In this document: positions 41,876-52,028 of the stretch, in pieces
Layout: each line of letters opens with the position of its first letter
How positions within the stretch are numbered: position 1 is the stretch's first letter
Source of the DNA: Cyanobacteria bacterium P01_A01_bin.123
GTDB lineage: Bacteria > Cyanobacteriota > Cyanobacteriia > Phormidesmidales > Phormidesmidaceae
Length of the DNA stretch: 64,000 bases
NCBI GenBank assembly: GCA_039815185.1
Contig: JBCBZT010000002.1
Location: 191,891-255,890, forward strand
Reading direction: 5' to 3'
Notes under the pieces: generated by a model
The model's input: only the letters and a program-made list of their open reading frames with translations
Told to the model about the DNA's origin: nothing
The model's database searches: none
Program-made: the position numbers and the translations under genes

Positions 41876-42790
41876 TCAAATGGATGGGACCTTTTTTGCT
41901 TTGGGCTTAAAATCGGCGATCGCCAAGTCTACAAACGCTCTCACCTTAGGCGTCATGTAACGACTAGAGGTAAACACCGCAGAGACAGGTACCGGCAATC
42001 TTTCCCAGTCTTTCAAAACCTGGATCAGGCGGCTCTCAGCCACCAGCGGTGCAGCTTGAAAATGCGGTAATAAAACAATCCCTAACCCATCTGCGGCCAA
42101 ATCTCGTGCGGCTAGATTATTGTTGACGATACATCGTGCTTCTCCCGCAATGTCTTGCCGATTTGGCCCGTTCACTAACGGCCAAATCGGTCTTCCCTTG
42201 GGGGAAAACATGATCAACTGATGATCTATCAACTCACCCAACGCATTAGGTTCACCCTGAGCCAGCACATAGGCCGGACTGGCATACAACCCATAGCGAA
42301 TTTCACCCAAAGGGCGAACTGATAACTCAGAATCTTGCAGAACACCAACCCGAATCGCAACGTCAATTCCTTCGTGAATGACATCCACAACACGATTCGA
42401 AAAATCTGCCTCCACACTGATGCTGGGATAGCGCTTGAGATAGTCTGCAATCCACTGGTTAACCCGCATCACGCCAAACTCTGAGCCCGCCGTCACGCGC
42501 AGCAATCCACGGGGTTCGCCTTGGGCACGGGCAATGCTGGCTTCAGTTTCTTCAAGTGCATTGAGAATACCGCAGGCCCGCTCATAAAAATCACGGCCGA
42601 TTTCAGTGATGCTGAGTCGTCGCGTCGAGCGTTTCAGCAACTGCACGCCTAGGCGTTTTTCTAGACGGCTGACGACCCGACTGATGTGGGCTTTGTCTTT
42701 ATCCAGCCGGTCGCCCGCCGCTGTGAAACTGCCCGTAGAGACAACAGCTTGAAAGACCTGTAGTGATTCAAGATCGATTGTTGATTTCAT
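41876..42790 (-). CDS. LysR family regulator (CrgA-like)
   Basis: GSFTAAG...LEKRLGVQLLKRSTR and PKVRAFVD motifs. Confidence 0.93.
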   Translation of the reverse strand: MKSTIDLESLQVFQAVVSTGSFTAAGDRLDKDKAHISRVVSRLEKRLGVQLLKRSTRRLSITEIGRDFYERACGILNALEETEASIARAQGEPRGLLRVTAGSEFGVMRVNQWIADYLKRYPSISVEADFSNRVVDVIHEGIDVAIRVGVLQDSELSVRPLGEIRYGLYASPAYVLAQGEPNALGELIDHQLIMFSPKGRPIWPLVNGPNRQDIAGEARCIVNNNLAARDLAADGLGIVLLPHFQAAPLVAESRLIQVLKDWERLPVPVSAVFTSSRYMTPKVRAFVDLAIADFKPKAKKVPSI

Positions 42791-42797
42791 AATCAAC
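42780..42797. promoter_or_regulatory. LysR recognition palindrome over the regulator start codon
   Basis: GTTGATT-TCAT-AATCAAC in the divergent promoter region. Confidence 0.6.
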
Positions 42798-42885
42798 AGT
42801 TCATTGAAATTTTCGGTATTTATCAATCTAGCTGGACTCGATAGAGTCAAACCATGGTTGAAACATTCCTTTGAACTAACGAATC

Positions 42886-43311
42886 ATGGAACGCACCAAT
42901 ATTGAGACCGTACAGAAGTTTCTTGAAGCCCAGTATGCGAGTGATTTTGACCATGCGTTTCAAGCCTATGCCCATCCTAATTTTCAGTGGGTCGTCTCTA
43001 GCAATCACAACGAAGCCCTAAAAGCGGCAATTCCCTGGGCGGGTTACATCCATCATGGCAAAGAAGGCTACATCCGGCTGGTAACGATGTTGTTCTCAGA
43101 ATTTGAAGCACTGGAGTTTGAACCAAGGCGTTACACCGATGCGGGCGATCGCGTCTTTGTTGAGGGGCATTTCACCTTCCGTCATCGCCAGACCGGCAAA
43201 ATTGCTGACAGCGACTGGATTGCTCGTTTTGATATGGCAGCCGGTCGCATCACAGGTGGTCAATTTTATGAGAATACAGCAGGCGTGGCCGCAGCGCGTC
43301 AGGCGGCATAA
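42886..43311 (+). CDS. SnoaL/NTF2-like protein
   Basis: IPWAG..HGKEG and GDRVFVEG motifs. Confidence 0.8.
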   Translation: MERTNIETVQKFLEAQYASDFDHAFQAYAHPNFQWVVSSNHNEALKAAIPWAGYIHHGKEGYIRLVTMLFSEFEALEFEPRRYTDAGDRVFVEGHFTFRHRQTGKIADSDWIARFDMAAGRITGGQFYENTAGVAAARQAA

Positions 43312-43366
43312 ATCCCTGGCACAGACATGACAGCAACAATCACACTTACTTTTCAGAAGAACCATC

Positions 43367-43525
43367 ATGAAGATTGGAATCATCAACGCTGGCAACATTG
43401 GTCGCACGCTTGCTAAGCCCTGGCTAAAAGCAGGCCATCAACTCAAGCTAGGTACCCATCAGTTTGGCGGTGACTATGGACGGTTAGCACCAACCTTTTT
43501 ACAAGCGCGTGAACTTGCCGCCTAG
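43367..43525 (+). pseudogene. F420/NADP oxidoreductase-like gene with an in-frame internal deletion
   Basis: MKIGIINAGNIGRTLAKPWLKAGHQLKLG Rossmann start, but only 52 codons. Confidence 0.7.
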
Positions 43526-43616
43526 TCATAACGGGTGAGGTCATCAATTTCTGACCTCACCTCCCAGTTCACTAAATCTACTTCCAACAATTTTACATGT
43601 TTGAAAGGAGATACTC

Positions 43617-44360
43617 ATGAGCAGCACAACGATTGACTTAACTGGTAAGACCGCCTTGGTAACCGGAGGAACTCGGGGAATCGGTCGAGCTATCGTAGAA
43701 GACTTAGCGTGCCAGGGTGCAGCAGTTGCGTTTACCTATGTCAGCAGCGCTGAAAAAGCAAAGGAATTAGAAACGGAGCTGGCAGACTTCTCCCAAGTGA
43801 AGGGATTCCAGTCAGATATCACTAATATTGCCCACCTCGATGAGCTCGCAACTTCAGTGGAGCGCGAATTCGGCACTATCGATATTCTGATCAATAATGC
43901 GGGTAGTTTTATCAGCAAATCGTTTGAAGACATAACGGAGTCTGAATTTGACAAACTCTTCGCCACGAACGTCAAAGGGCCATTTTTTCTGATGCAGCGA
44001 TTGTTACCTCTGATGGCGGACAACGGCAGAATCATCAACCTATCATCGGGCAGTACTCGGCATCACGTGCCGCTGACTAGCCTATACGCCGCAACAAAAG
44101 CATCGCTTGAACAGTTCACACGATTAATATCGAAAGAACTGGCCCCTCGCGGGATCACAGTCAACAGCATTCTGCCGGGGTATACCGCCACTGACTGGGT
44201 CGCCTATGTCCCCGATGAGCAAAAAGCATGGATGGCAAGTCAAGCAGCCTTTGGTCGTCTCGGTACCGCCCAAGACATTTCCCAAGCGGTTCTTTTTCTT
44301 GCTTCTGATTTGAGCGGCTGGATCACGGGCCAACAAATCGCAGTCGATGGTGGGCTGTAA
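43617..44360 (+). CDS. Classical SDR oxidoreductase
   Basis: TGGTRGIG, NNAG, YAATK and ITGQQIAVDGG motifs. Confidence 0.93.
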   Translation: MSSTTIDLTGKTALVTGGTRGIGRAIVEDLACQGAAVAFTYVSSAEKAKELETELADFSQVKGFQSDITNIAHLDELATSVEREFGTIDILINNAGSFISKSFEDITESEFDKLFATNVKGPFFLMQRLLPLMADNGRIINLSSGSTRHHVPLTSLYAATKASLEQFTRLISKELAPRGITVNSILPGYTATDWVAYVPDEQKAWMASQAAFGRLGTAQDISQAVLFLASDLSGWITGQQIAVDGGL

Positions 44361-44391
44361 TCGGCGATCGCCCTAAATCGACAACTACGCC

Positions 44392-44841
44392 TTAGGATTT
44401 TGAACGTTCACGCTGCTGTTCCTTCACGTAATCAAAAAACTCTGGATGGACGGCAAAATCGTCTTGAATTTTGATCCAATAGTGCATCATCATGGGTGAT
44501 TTGAGTGTGCGCTTAATTTCAACCTCCCAAATATCCCATACGGACTGGTCGAGGTAGCCGAGTCGATACAGATAGTAGGTTTCCGAAACCAGTGCCATGT
44601 ACTGATAGATGCTTTTGTTGAGTGCTTTGCTGGGGGCAGGTAGCTTTTCAGCGTCAAAGCGATTGGCAAAGGCATCGTCTGGAAAGTCGTGAATTATGTC
44701 GGCATAGCGTTGGCTATAGAGGGTGTAGACATCAACATTCCACTGTCGCCGGGTAATGCGGTTGTTTTGCAGCAGCGCGATCGCGGCGACAGCAATCGAA
44801 ATGATCGTCAGCACGTCGGTTAAGATATCAAACCATCGCAT
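44392..44841 (-). CDS. Hypothetical single-TM protein
   Basis: N-terminal TM helix followed by a helical domain; its 5' end is duplicated at 47935-48023. Confidence 0.7.
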   Translation of the reverse strand: MRWFDILTDVLTIISIAVAAIALLQNNRITRRQWNVDVYTLYSQRYADIIHDFPDDAFANRFDAEKLPAPSKALNKSIYQYMALVSETYYLYRLGYLDQSVWDIWEVEIKRTLKSPMMMHYWIKIQDDFAVHPEFFDYVKEQQRERSKS

Positions 44842-44883
44842 AGAGAGGCCATCAAGTAATGCCAAATCGATTTTGATAGTAGC
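44795..44883 (+). repeat. 89-bp direct repeat, copy A
   Basis: Gap-free alignment with 47935-48023. Confidence 0.9.
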
Positions 44884-45062
44884 TTGTTCCTGCCTCGGCT
44901 GGTGCAGCGGTTAAAGAATGACCGGTTTAGGATTGCGGTCCACACACTATTGGTATCGTTAGCTCTGATTATTCTGGTGCTTGGTCTGTTGGCTTGTATT
45001 GCAAATGTTACCAGTCTCTGCTAAGGGGGCATCTTATAACCAGTTTCTTGCAAGGTAGCGTG

Positions 45063-45944
45063 ATGGACAGACGGTTTTTTCTCAAAGCGGGGGCAAGTTT
45101 TACCGCTGTGCTCATAGGGCAAAGCTGCGTTAGCCCCTCTCAAAAGAGTGGATCAACGCTGGATGTTAGCGATACTTTGCTCAATAAAATTAATCAGCGG
45201 GGATTTCTTCTCGTCGCGACAGAAGATGACTATCCCCCGTTTGAGTTTTTGGTTAATGGTCAGCCCACCGGATTTGATCACGAATTATTAGAACGTCTGA
45301 AACAAGCGGTTAGCTTCGATATTCAGCAAGAGATTTTGCCTTGGCAAGGTCTCCTGCCAGGCGTGGCTGAAGGCAAGTACGATGTTGCTCTCACTGCTGC
45401 CATCATTACAGACGAACGGGTAGAAACCCTAGACTTCACGATGCCGATTGCTGAATCTACTATTGCCTACGTCAAACGAAAAGAAGACGGTTCAATTCAG
45501 TCCATCACAGATTTATCGGGCAAGGTTCTGGGCGTGCAAGCAGGCGGAGCATCCCTAGAGGCTGTCCCAGATCTAGAAAGCACACTCCAAGCCGCAGGTG
45601 GCACCCTAGGCGAGATCAAGCAATATCGTAATTTCACTGAAGCCTATCAAGATTTAGTCAGTGGCCAGGTGGATGCCGTGCTCAACAACATTGTGTCACT
45701 TTCGGTATTAGTGGACGAAAAACCTGCAATTTTTGAACTCGGTACCCGAGTTAGTCCTCAAGCGTATGCGGCCTGGGCGGTACAACGGGGTAATCAAGAT
45801 TTGCTGGCTTTGCTCAATCAGTTTCTGAGCGACTTAAAGGAAACTGGCGAATTCAAGCAACTCCAAGAAAAATGGCTCAAAATCACGTTTGATGGGTTGC
45901 CAGATCAACCCCTGTTACCCGGCGATCGCCCGATTCAAAGATAG
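45063..45944 (+). CDS. Family 3 solute-binding protein with a Tat/lipoprotein-like signal
   Basis: MDRRFFLK...GQSC, YPPFEF and GFDHEL motifs. Confidence 0.88.
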   Translation: MDRRFFLKAGASFTAVLIGQSCVSPSQKSGSTLDVSDTLLNKINQRGFLLVATEDDYPPFEFLVNGQPTGFDHELLERLKQAVSFDIQQEILPWQGLLPGVAEGKYDVALTAAIITDERVETLDFTMPIAESTIAYVKRKEDGSIQSITDLSGKVLGVQAGGASLEAVPDLESTLQAAGGTLGEIKQYRNFTEAYQDLVSGQVDAVLNNIVSLSVLVDEKPAIFELGTRVSPQAYAAWAVQRGNQDLLALLNQFLSDLKETGEFKQLQEKWLKITFDGLPDQPLLPGDRPIQR

Positions 45945-45991
45945 CCTTTCTCCCCTCATAATCTCCGTAACTGATTCGATACAGTACTGCC

Positions 45992-47881
45992 ATGAAACTT
46001 TTCCAACAAGCCGCAGAAAAGCGGCGTTTGCTGATGCGAATTTTGATTGGCAGTGCGACGCTAGTTTTCAGTTTAGGCGCATACTACAGTTACAACGTAG
46101 TTCGTAAAGTCATGCTAGAAAGTTTGAAGCAAAATGCGCTTCAAGAAGTGGAGCAAGGGGGCGAAGCGATCGATAGTTGGTTGGTGAGTCTCAAGGTTCA
46201 CATTGAAACCTTGGCCAATACAAGCGTCGTTGAATCTATTAATTGGGAGGCGGCAGAATCATATCTTAAGTCAGAAGTTTTACGCTTTAGTGATGTTTAT
46301 GCCGTCGAAATTGCCCGTCCCGATGGTCAACGCTATCTGATCGGGGGTGAACCTGCCAATATCAGCGATCGCGCTTATTTTCGAAACGCCATGGCTGGGC
46401 AAACTACGATTGGTGATCCGCTGATTAGCCCAGATAGCAATACCCCAACAATTAATGTTTCGGCTCCGATTCGGCAGTCTTTGGATACTGACAGCAGCCC
46501 AAGTGGGATAATCCATACCCTGGTGCGGCTTGACAGGGTTGCTTATGTGGTTGATAGCATCAACTATGGCAATAGCAGCTATGCCTTTGCCCTCGATTCC
46601 CAAGGCAATGTTATTGCTCATCCCAATTCTGATCTTATCACCACGGCTAACTCAAATTCAGAAGGGCTACTCGCAGGCGATACAGAACTGAGCGCGATCG
46701 CGCAAAAAATGGTCAATCGGGAAAAGGGGATAGAGTTGTTACCCATTGACAACAGACAAAAATACGTTGCTTACCTGCCCCTAGAAGAGACCGATTGGTC
46801 GGTGGCTTTAGTCATTCCCAGAAACAATATCGAGTCGCAACTACGAGCATTAGATACTATTGCCGTCGTCATTCTTTGCTTGGCGGCCATGATGATCGCT
46901 GTGCTTTGGCAGGTACAAGCCTTTGAACAAAAGCAGCTAAAGAAAACTAACGACTCGTTAGAACAGCGGGTTCAAGAACGCACGGCTGAACTTTCTGCAA
47001 CCCTAACAAAACTGCAACAGTCGCAGATTCATCTGGTGCAAAGTGAAAAGATGTCAGCACTTGGAAGTTTGGTGGCTGGTGTTGCGCATGAGATTAATAA
47101 CCCCGTCAATTTTATCCATGGCAACCTATCTCACCTGCGAGACTATGCCCTCGATTTAGTTAACTTTATAAAACTCTTCCAACGTCACTACCCTGAGCCG
47201 GTCGCTGAGATTGAAGCTGAAGCTGAAGAGATTGACTTAGACTTCTTGCAGGAAGATTTATTCAAAGTCTTATCTTCAATGAAGATGGGAACGGATCGAA
47301 TTCGAAACATTGTGCTGTCCCTACGAAACTTCTCTCGGCTTGATGAAGCAGATTTCAAAGCAGTTGATATTCATGAAGGTCTTGATAGCACGTTACTGAT
47401 TTTGCAGCATCGCCTCAAGGCCCAATCGGATAGTCCTGCCATTGAAGTGATTAAAGATTACAGCCAAATCCCCCTCGTGCAATGCTATCCTGGCCCACTG
47501 AATCAGGTTTGGATGAATATTCTGGCAAATGCGATCGATGCTTTAGAAGAGTGCAACGCAAAACGAACCCGTCAAGATGCCAAAGCACATCCGGCGAAAA
47601 TTATGATCTCCACGTCAAAACTGGATTCTCACTGGGTACAGATTGAGATTTCTGATAATGGCCCAGGTATTCCGGAGCAGGCCAAGTCACGGATCTTTGA
47701 ACCCTTTTTTACTACCAAAGTGGTGGGTAAAGGCACGGGCATGGGCATGTCGATTAGCCATCAAATCGTTACTGAAAAACATGGTGGCAGACTGTACTGT
47801 GAGTCGAGCGCTAATACAGGTACAACATTTATCATCCAGATTCCAGTTGTCCAGGAAATACCGATGGCTGTTGCCGCTTAA
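45992..47881 (+). CDS. Cache-domain sensor histidine kinase
   Basis: Two TM helices around a Cache-like domain; AHEINNP, NAIDA, DNGPG and GKGTGMGM motifs. Confidence 0.93.
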   Translation: MKLFQQAAEKRRLLMRILIGSATLVFSLGAYYSYNVVRKVMLESLKQNALQEVEQGGEAIDSWLVSLKVHIETLANTSVVESINWEAAESYLKSEVLRFSDVYAVEIARPDGQRYLIGGEPANISDRAYFRNAMAGQTTIGDPLISPDSNTPTINVSAPIRQSLDTDSSPSGIIHTLVRLDRVAYVVDSINYGNSSYAFALDSQGNVIAHPNSDLITTANSNSEGLLAGDTELSAIAQKMVNREKGIELLPIDNRQKYVAYLPLEETDWSVALVIPRNNIESQLRALDTIAVVILCLAAMMIAVLWQVQAFEQKQLKKTNDSLEQRVQERTAELSATLTKLQQSQIHLVQSEKMSALGSLVAGVAHEINNPVNFIHGNLSHLRDYALDLVNFIKLFQRHYPEPVAEIEAEAEEIDLDFLQEDLFKVLSSMKMGTDRIRNIVLSLRNFSRLDEADFKAVDIHEGLDSTLLILQHRLKAQSDSPAIEVIKDYSQIPLVQCYPGPLNQVWMNILANAIDALEECNAKRTRQDAKAHPAKIMISTSKLDSHWVQIEISDNGPGIPEQAKSRIFEPFFTTKVVGKGTGMGMSISHQIVTEKHGGRLYCESSANTGTTFIIQIPVVQEIPMAVAA

Positions 47882-47934
47882 AAAAACAGTAGTAGCTTTT
47901 ATCCATATCCAGCGCTTCAGGCGTATGCACGGCG

Positions 47935-48023
47935 ATCGAAATGATCGTCAGTACGTCGGTTAAAATATCAAACCATCGCATAGAGATGCCATCAGCTAAT
48001 GCTAGGTCGATTTTGATGGTAGC
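47935..48023 (+). repeat. 89-bp direct repeat, copy B (5' fragment of the 44392-44841 gene)
   Basis: ATCGAAATGATCGTCAGTACGTCGGTTAAAATATCAAACCATCGCATAGAG... Confidence 0.9.
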
Positions 48024-48087
48024 GTTGCCGACCGTTTCAAATCAATTGCCCAAAGGCTTAGTCGTGAAGCACGGAAACACTAGTTGC

Positions 48088-50232
48088 TTACAATCGAGTG
48101 TTAAATAAAGGCTGAGATTCTGAACGACCTACTAAAATCAGCTGCCGAACATACACGAAAGTCAGGACTGTTGTGACAGTGCCAAGTAAACTCAGCGGAA
48201 TAGACAGAATCGCGATATCCGAAGCCAGCCCAAAACTCTGAGCCAGTTGCGGGTGGAATTTGAATAGCATGTTACTGATCAATAAAGTTAGACCAGGAAA
48301 AACCAGACAGCTGACACTGCTAGTCAGGCAAAGCCAAATCCAATTTCTTCTGCGTTTTGACATCAGCAGAACCTGGCTTACCAGGACAGCAAAAAGTACA
48401 GACCCAACAAAGAGTAAAACGCTACCCGCCAACCTCAGAGGGGTGAATTCTGTGTTCACCAAATCCCAGTGGAAGTAGAGTAACCAAGCCATAAACAAGC
48501 TGGCTGCCAGGAGCAGGTTCAAAGTAATTGCAACAACGGGAGAGCTAGTATCGCCTAGGGTGAGATCTTTCCAAAGCGGCAACTGTTGCGATCGCAGTGA
48601 TTGAGCAGAACGGAATCGAGCCCAGTCTTGTAGGGTTTGAGGATTAGGACTGAGGGCGATCGCCAACGCAACACCGTAGAGTAGTCCAAAACAGGCAATG
48701 ATCACCATATTGACTTGATAGACCTTAATCTCCGGTTTTGTTAGTCCTAGCACGATGACCATAAACACCGTAGTCAAACCATAGCTATACATCCGTTTAA
48801 GCAGTGTGGTCTGGGAATTGCTGTAGCGTCGCTGAATCAAATGGCCTAGCACGCTGCACCACCCGAGTGTGTGAATGATAGTCAAGCTTGTATACGTCGC
48901 GAAATCAACTTGAAACAGGCCTAAGGGGATTTTGGTAGTCGTCACTTGGGCATGGGCAAGCGACTCATGTTGAATAAAGTAAGCAAAGCTAATCAATGGT
49001 GAGAAGAAAACAGTCCAAAGCATAGGGTTGGGGTCTGCAGTGTGGGGAAAACTCCAGCAACTGAGTGCTGAGCAGTTTGGTGACAAGATTAGATACAGGA
49101 AGCGCCCATTCAAGAGCGTTACTGCTGCCGCGAGTAACCAGGGCTGGAGCACTAAAAGCGTTGCTTGTGTTGTAGCCAGACTTAGCAAAAAAGCGATCAA
49201 ATAAAAAATTAGGGTCTGGCCGATGAGGGCGAGATCAAACCCCAGCAGGTGTCCAACGCCGTAGCCAGCTGAGAGTCCTGTAAACCAATGCAGCGGCAAG
49301 ACTAACGCGATCGCTAAATAGAGACAAATGGGAACACCGACAAGCTTACCGAGCAGAACAGTAACAGCCGATCTTGGACTCATCCTTAGTAAGTCCAGGG
49401 TACCGTGACGATTTTCCTCGGCAAGGTTGCTCGCTAGCAGAAACGCACCGACCCCCATCAGCGGAAAGACAATGGCGCTGGTCAGAATCGTAAAGAGATC
49501 GCCGTACCATTTGGGCCAGTTGACCCGATATGACTGCTGATCCGGAACCAAATGGCAGCGAATGGGCTCGTCTTCAGAGAGCAGACAGTATTTGTGTGTC
49601 TTAAAAGCTGTAGCAACACGAGGCAGTGTTACCGTATATTCATCAAGGCTGGGACGCTGAAACGTTAAAGCCACCCTTGTCCCAACAATGCGCTGAAGAT
49701 CGGGGGGCGGGCCGTCGGGATTATAGCCGACGATTTTGGTATTGATAGTCTTGGGGTAACTAACAAAAGGTTGCGGCACCGCTGAATTATCAATTTCCAG
49801 CAGGCGATCGCCAACCTGGATTTGCTCTAATGCATCTAACCCCGCGGTGCGATCGCCGCGCAGGGGCTCAAATATATCTACAGCCGTCACATAACCACTT
49901 TCGCGTATCGCTTTACGCTCTTCTCTTCCCAAGTCAAAGAAGCTGCTAGACGTCCACGCTTCTTCAATCTCGGAATCGAGGCTATACAAGTTGTCCCATG
50001 TCAAATTCGGATAGGTTGTGATTTGTAAATCTGCCTCAGCTACGTTTCCTGGCAATGCCAAAGCAAGAGCCACAATCACGACGAGTTGAATGAGTAGCGA
50101 CAGGCCAGTTGCCGTTAAAATAGGCCCCCATTGCAGACGCCCCTTAAGTTCTCGCAAAAGTTGCGGGTTGAGATCTCCTAGGGAATCCAGCATATTCGCT
50201 GCCAGAGTACCGAAAATTCTGAAACCTAACAT
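48088..50232 (-). CDS. ABC-2-type permease-like membrane protein with a PDZ-like insert
   Basis: NPQLLRELKGRL, EENRHGTLDLLRMSP and GKLVGVP; insert VGDRLLEIDN...GTRVALTFQR. Confidence 0.7.
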   Translation of the reverse strand: MLGFRIFGTLAANMLDSLGDLNPQLLRELKGRLQWGPILTATGLSLLIQLVVIVALALALPGNVAEADLQITTYPNLTWDNLYSLDSEIEEAWTSSSFFDLGREERKAIRESGYVTAVDIFEPLRGDRTAGLDALEQIQVGDRLLEIDNSAVPQPFVSYPKTINTKIVGYNPDGPPPDLQRIVGTRVALTFQRPSLDEYTVTLPRVATAFKTHKYCLLSEDEPIRCHLVPDQQSYRVNWPKWYGDLFTILTSAIVFPLMGVGAFLLASNLAEENRHGTLDLLRMSPRSAVTVLLGKLVGVPICLYLAIALVLPLHWFTGLSAGYGVGHLLGFDLALIGQTLIFYLIAFLLSLATTQATLLVLQPWLLAAAVTLLNGRFLYLILSPNCSALSCWSFPHTADPNPMLWTVFFSPLISFAYFIQHESLAHAQVTTTKIPLGLFQVDFATYTSLTIIHTLGWCSVLGHLIQRRYSNSQTTLLKRMYSYGLTTVFMVIVLGLTKPEIKVYQVNMVIIACFGLLYGVALAIALSPNPQTLQDWARFRSAQSLRSQQLPLWKDLTLGDTSSPVVAITLNLLLAASLFMAWLLYFHWDLVNTEFTPLRLAGSVLLFVGSVLFAVLVSQVLLMSKRRRNWIWLCLTSSVSCLVFPGLTLLISNMLFKFHPQLAQSFGLASDIAILSIPLSLLGTVTTVLTFVYVRQLILVGRSESQPLFNTRL

Positions 50233-50435
50233 GGCTATCTCCTAAGATATTGGGGCACCCCAGACAGACTTGCCCTGACGAGATCAGAGGTAGACTGAAT
50301 TGTCTCACGGATCTCTTTTCTAAATCAGTTTGTTTGTAAACTGAAGCGATCGCGCAAAACCTTAATTATGCACGTGCATTACTCTTTAGAGAGATGTTGT
50401 CATGATCAACCGCGATCGCAGTCTATAGACACAAG

Positions 50436-51482
50436 TTATCCATGAATTGATAAGAAGAAAGATTCTTTGGTTTTGGTGCGCGCTAAACGAAAAAAGCTAA
50501 AGACATATTCGTAGGTAAAGAGTGAGTAGCCGTATCCTTGGTTGAGCACAAACTCTACCTGTTTAGCGACTTCACCCAAAGGTGTTATTGCCAAATCCCC
50601 TTCACGGTAGCCTGCATAAATGCCTGCTCCTACTGGCACATAATCACTGGCCTCTTTTAAGCCAGAATGGGCCAGCGTTGTTTCAACATCCTGAACAGTT
50701 GAACGATAAATTTGAACAATGACTTCATCGATATATCCGTTATAAACCCAGTTCAACCAGTCTTGAGAATAGCGATTATACGCAAAATCAGGCGGATTAG
50801 GCGATAGAGAGACTATCCAGTCTGGATTAATTGCTTTAACCGCCGTAGCGATTTTTCCGGTTAATCGAGTTAACGTATCAGCATAATCTCCAAAGGTGTT
50901 GGGAATCGCCCAGTGATCATCTAATTGGATACCGTCTAACTTATAGTAAAGCGAGGCAAACTCGACAAACAAATCAATAAAGTGCTGTTCAACCTCTGAA
51001 TTAGCTGGGTCGAGCCAGACAAATCCATCAACCAGTTGCCCTTCATTAAGTAACCAATCGGGGTGAGCTTTAGCCACTGGATCATTATCATGCAGCATTA
51101 AACCATATTCAAACCAACCATAAACCTTTAAACCTTGCCGTTTCCCTTGATGAATCGCATTATTTAAGGGATTCAAGATCGGTATATTGGTTTCACGATT
51201 TCGATAAATTATTTGACTTGGATAAGTGACACCGTCGTTATAAACGCTGATATAAACATGATTAAAATTGAGATGGGATAGTTGATGAAAAACATCATCT
51301 AGTCGTCCTGTTGCAGCATAAAAAGCATTGCCAACATGAGTCATCCAAACACCTCGAATCTCTTGAGACGTTTGGGGCTGATGAGGGGGTGCCTCTGTAA
51401 TCTTTTGACATCCGCTAATGACTACAATGACGCTAATCGCAACAACTAACCCTTTCCTAACCCATGCTTTTAGTCGCTTCAT
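50436..51482 (-). CDS. Glycoside hydrolase-like 10 (GHL10) lipoprotein
   Basis: Lipobox ISGC, EIRGVWMT, WFEYG, WLDPAN and DGIQLDDH motifs. Confidence 0.85.
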   Translation of the reverse strand: MKRLKAWVRKGLVVAISVIVVISGCQKITEAPPHQPQTSQEIRGVWMTHVGNAFYAATGRLDDVFHQLSHLNFNHVYISVYNDGVTYPSQIIYRNRETNIPILNPLNNAIHQGKRQGLKVYGWFEYGLMLHDNDPVAKAHPDWLLNEGQLVDGFVWLDPANSEVEQHFIDLFVEFASLYYKLDGIQLDDHWAIPNTFGDYADTLTRLTGKIATAVKAINPDWIVSLSPNPPDFAYNRYSQDWLNWVYNGYIDEVIVQIYRSTVQDVETTLAHSGLKEASDYVPVGAGIYAGYREGDLAITPLGEVAKQVEFVLNQGYGYSLFTYEYVFSFFRLARTKTKESFFLSIHG

Positions 51483-52028
51483 ATAGCTAGTTGTTTTTGG
51501 CATCAAGTTGATCCACTAAGACATGTGGTTACACCTTGGGCATATTCTCTGAGGCGTTGGGTTACCCTGCGGGAAGCAAGCCCCATACCTAAACCGCAAC
51601 TTAACATATACTCCATTTAATTATGGCCTTCTACCTATCTCTAAAATAGCTAAAACCTTTACCCAGAGAGGAATCTAGATGTCTTGACTTTGGATAATTG
51701 CAATCTAGATTTGTGAAGTTCAAAAAAGTCTACTATATTGAACTTCAATTAACTCAGCTTCAATTTTTAGTGCGATTTTGCAACTAGGGACTGATCTGCT
51801 TTTGCAGTAAGTGCCCCAGGCAGGCTTTGGGAGATCTCTGTGGAAGGGCGCAACGATTGGGCATTTATTCCCGATCCGTTTAGTCAGCACTAATATCCTC
51901 ACAGAATCTGATATTCAAGCACGCCCGAAAATTTACTTCGCCTCAGATATTTTAGAAATTGCCTATGGTGATTGATCTTGAGTCAATCCATGTAACTTAG
52001 CTGAAGCGATCGCGTCCCGAATCCCCAT

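Noticed and set aside
41033..44373. GGCGATCGCCC at both sides of the YdeI-LysR-SDR block
   Set aside because: Extended HIP1 of this form is common in the window, so the match is uninformative.
51500..52000. AT-rich spacer with a 60-codon ORF
   Set aside because: No recognisable product or structure.
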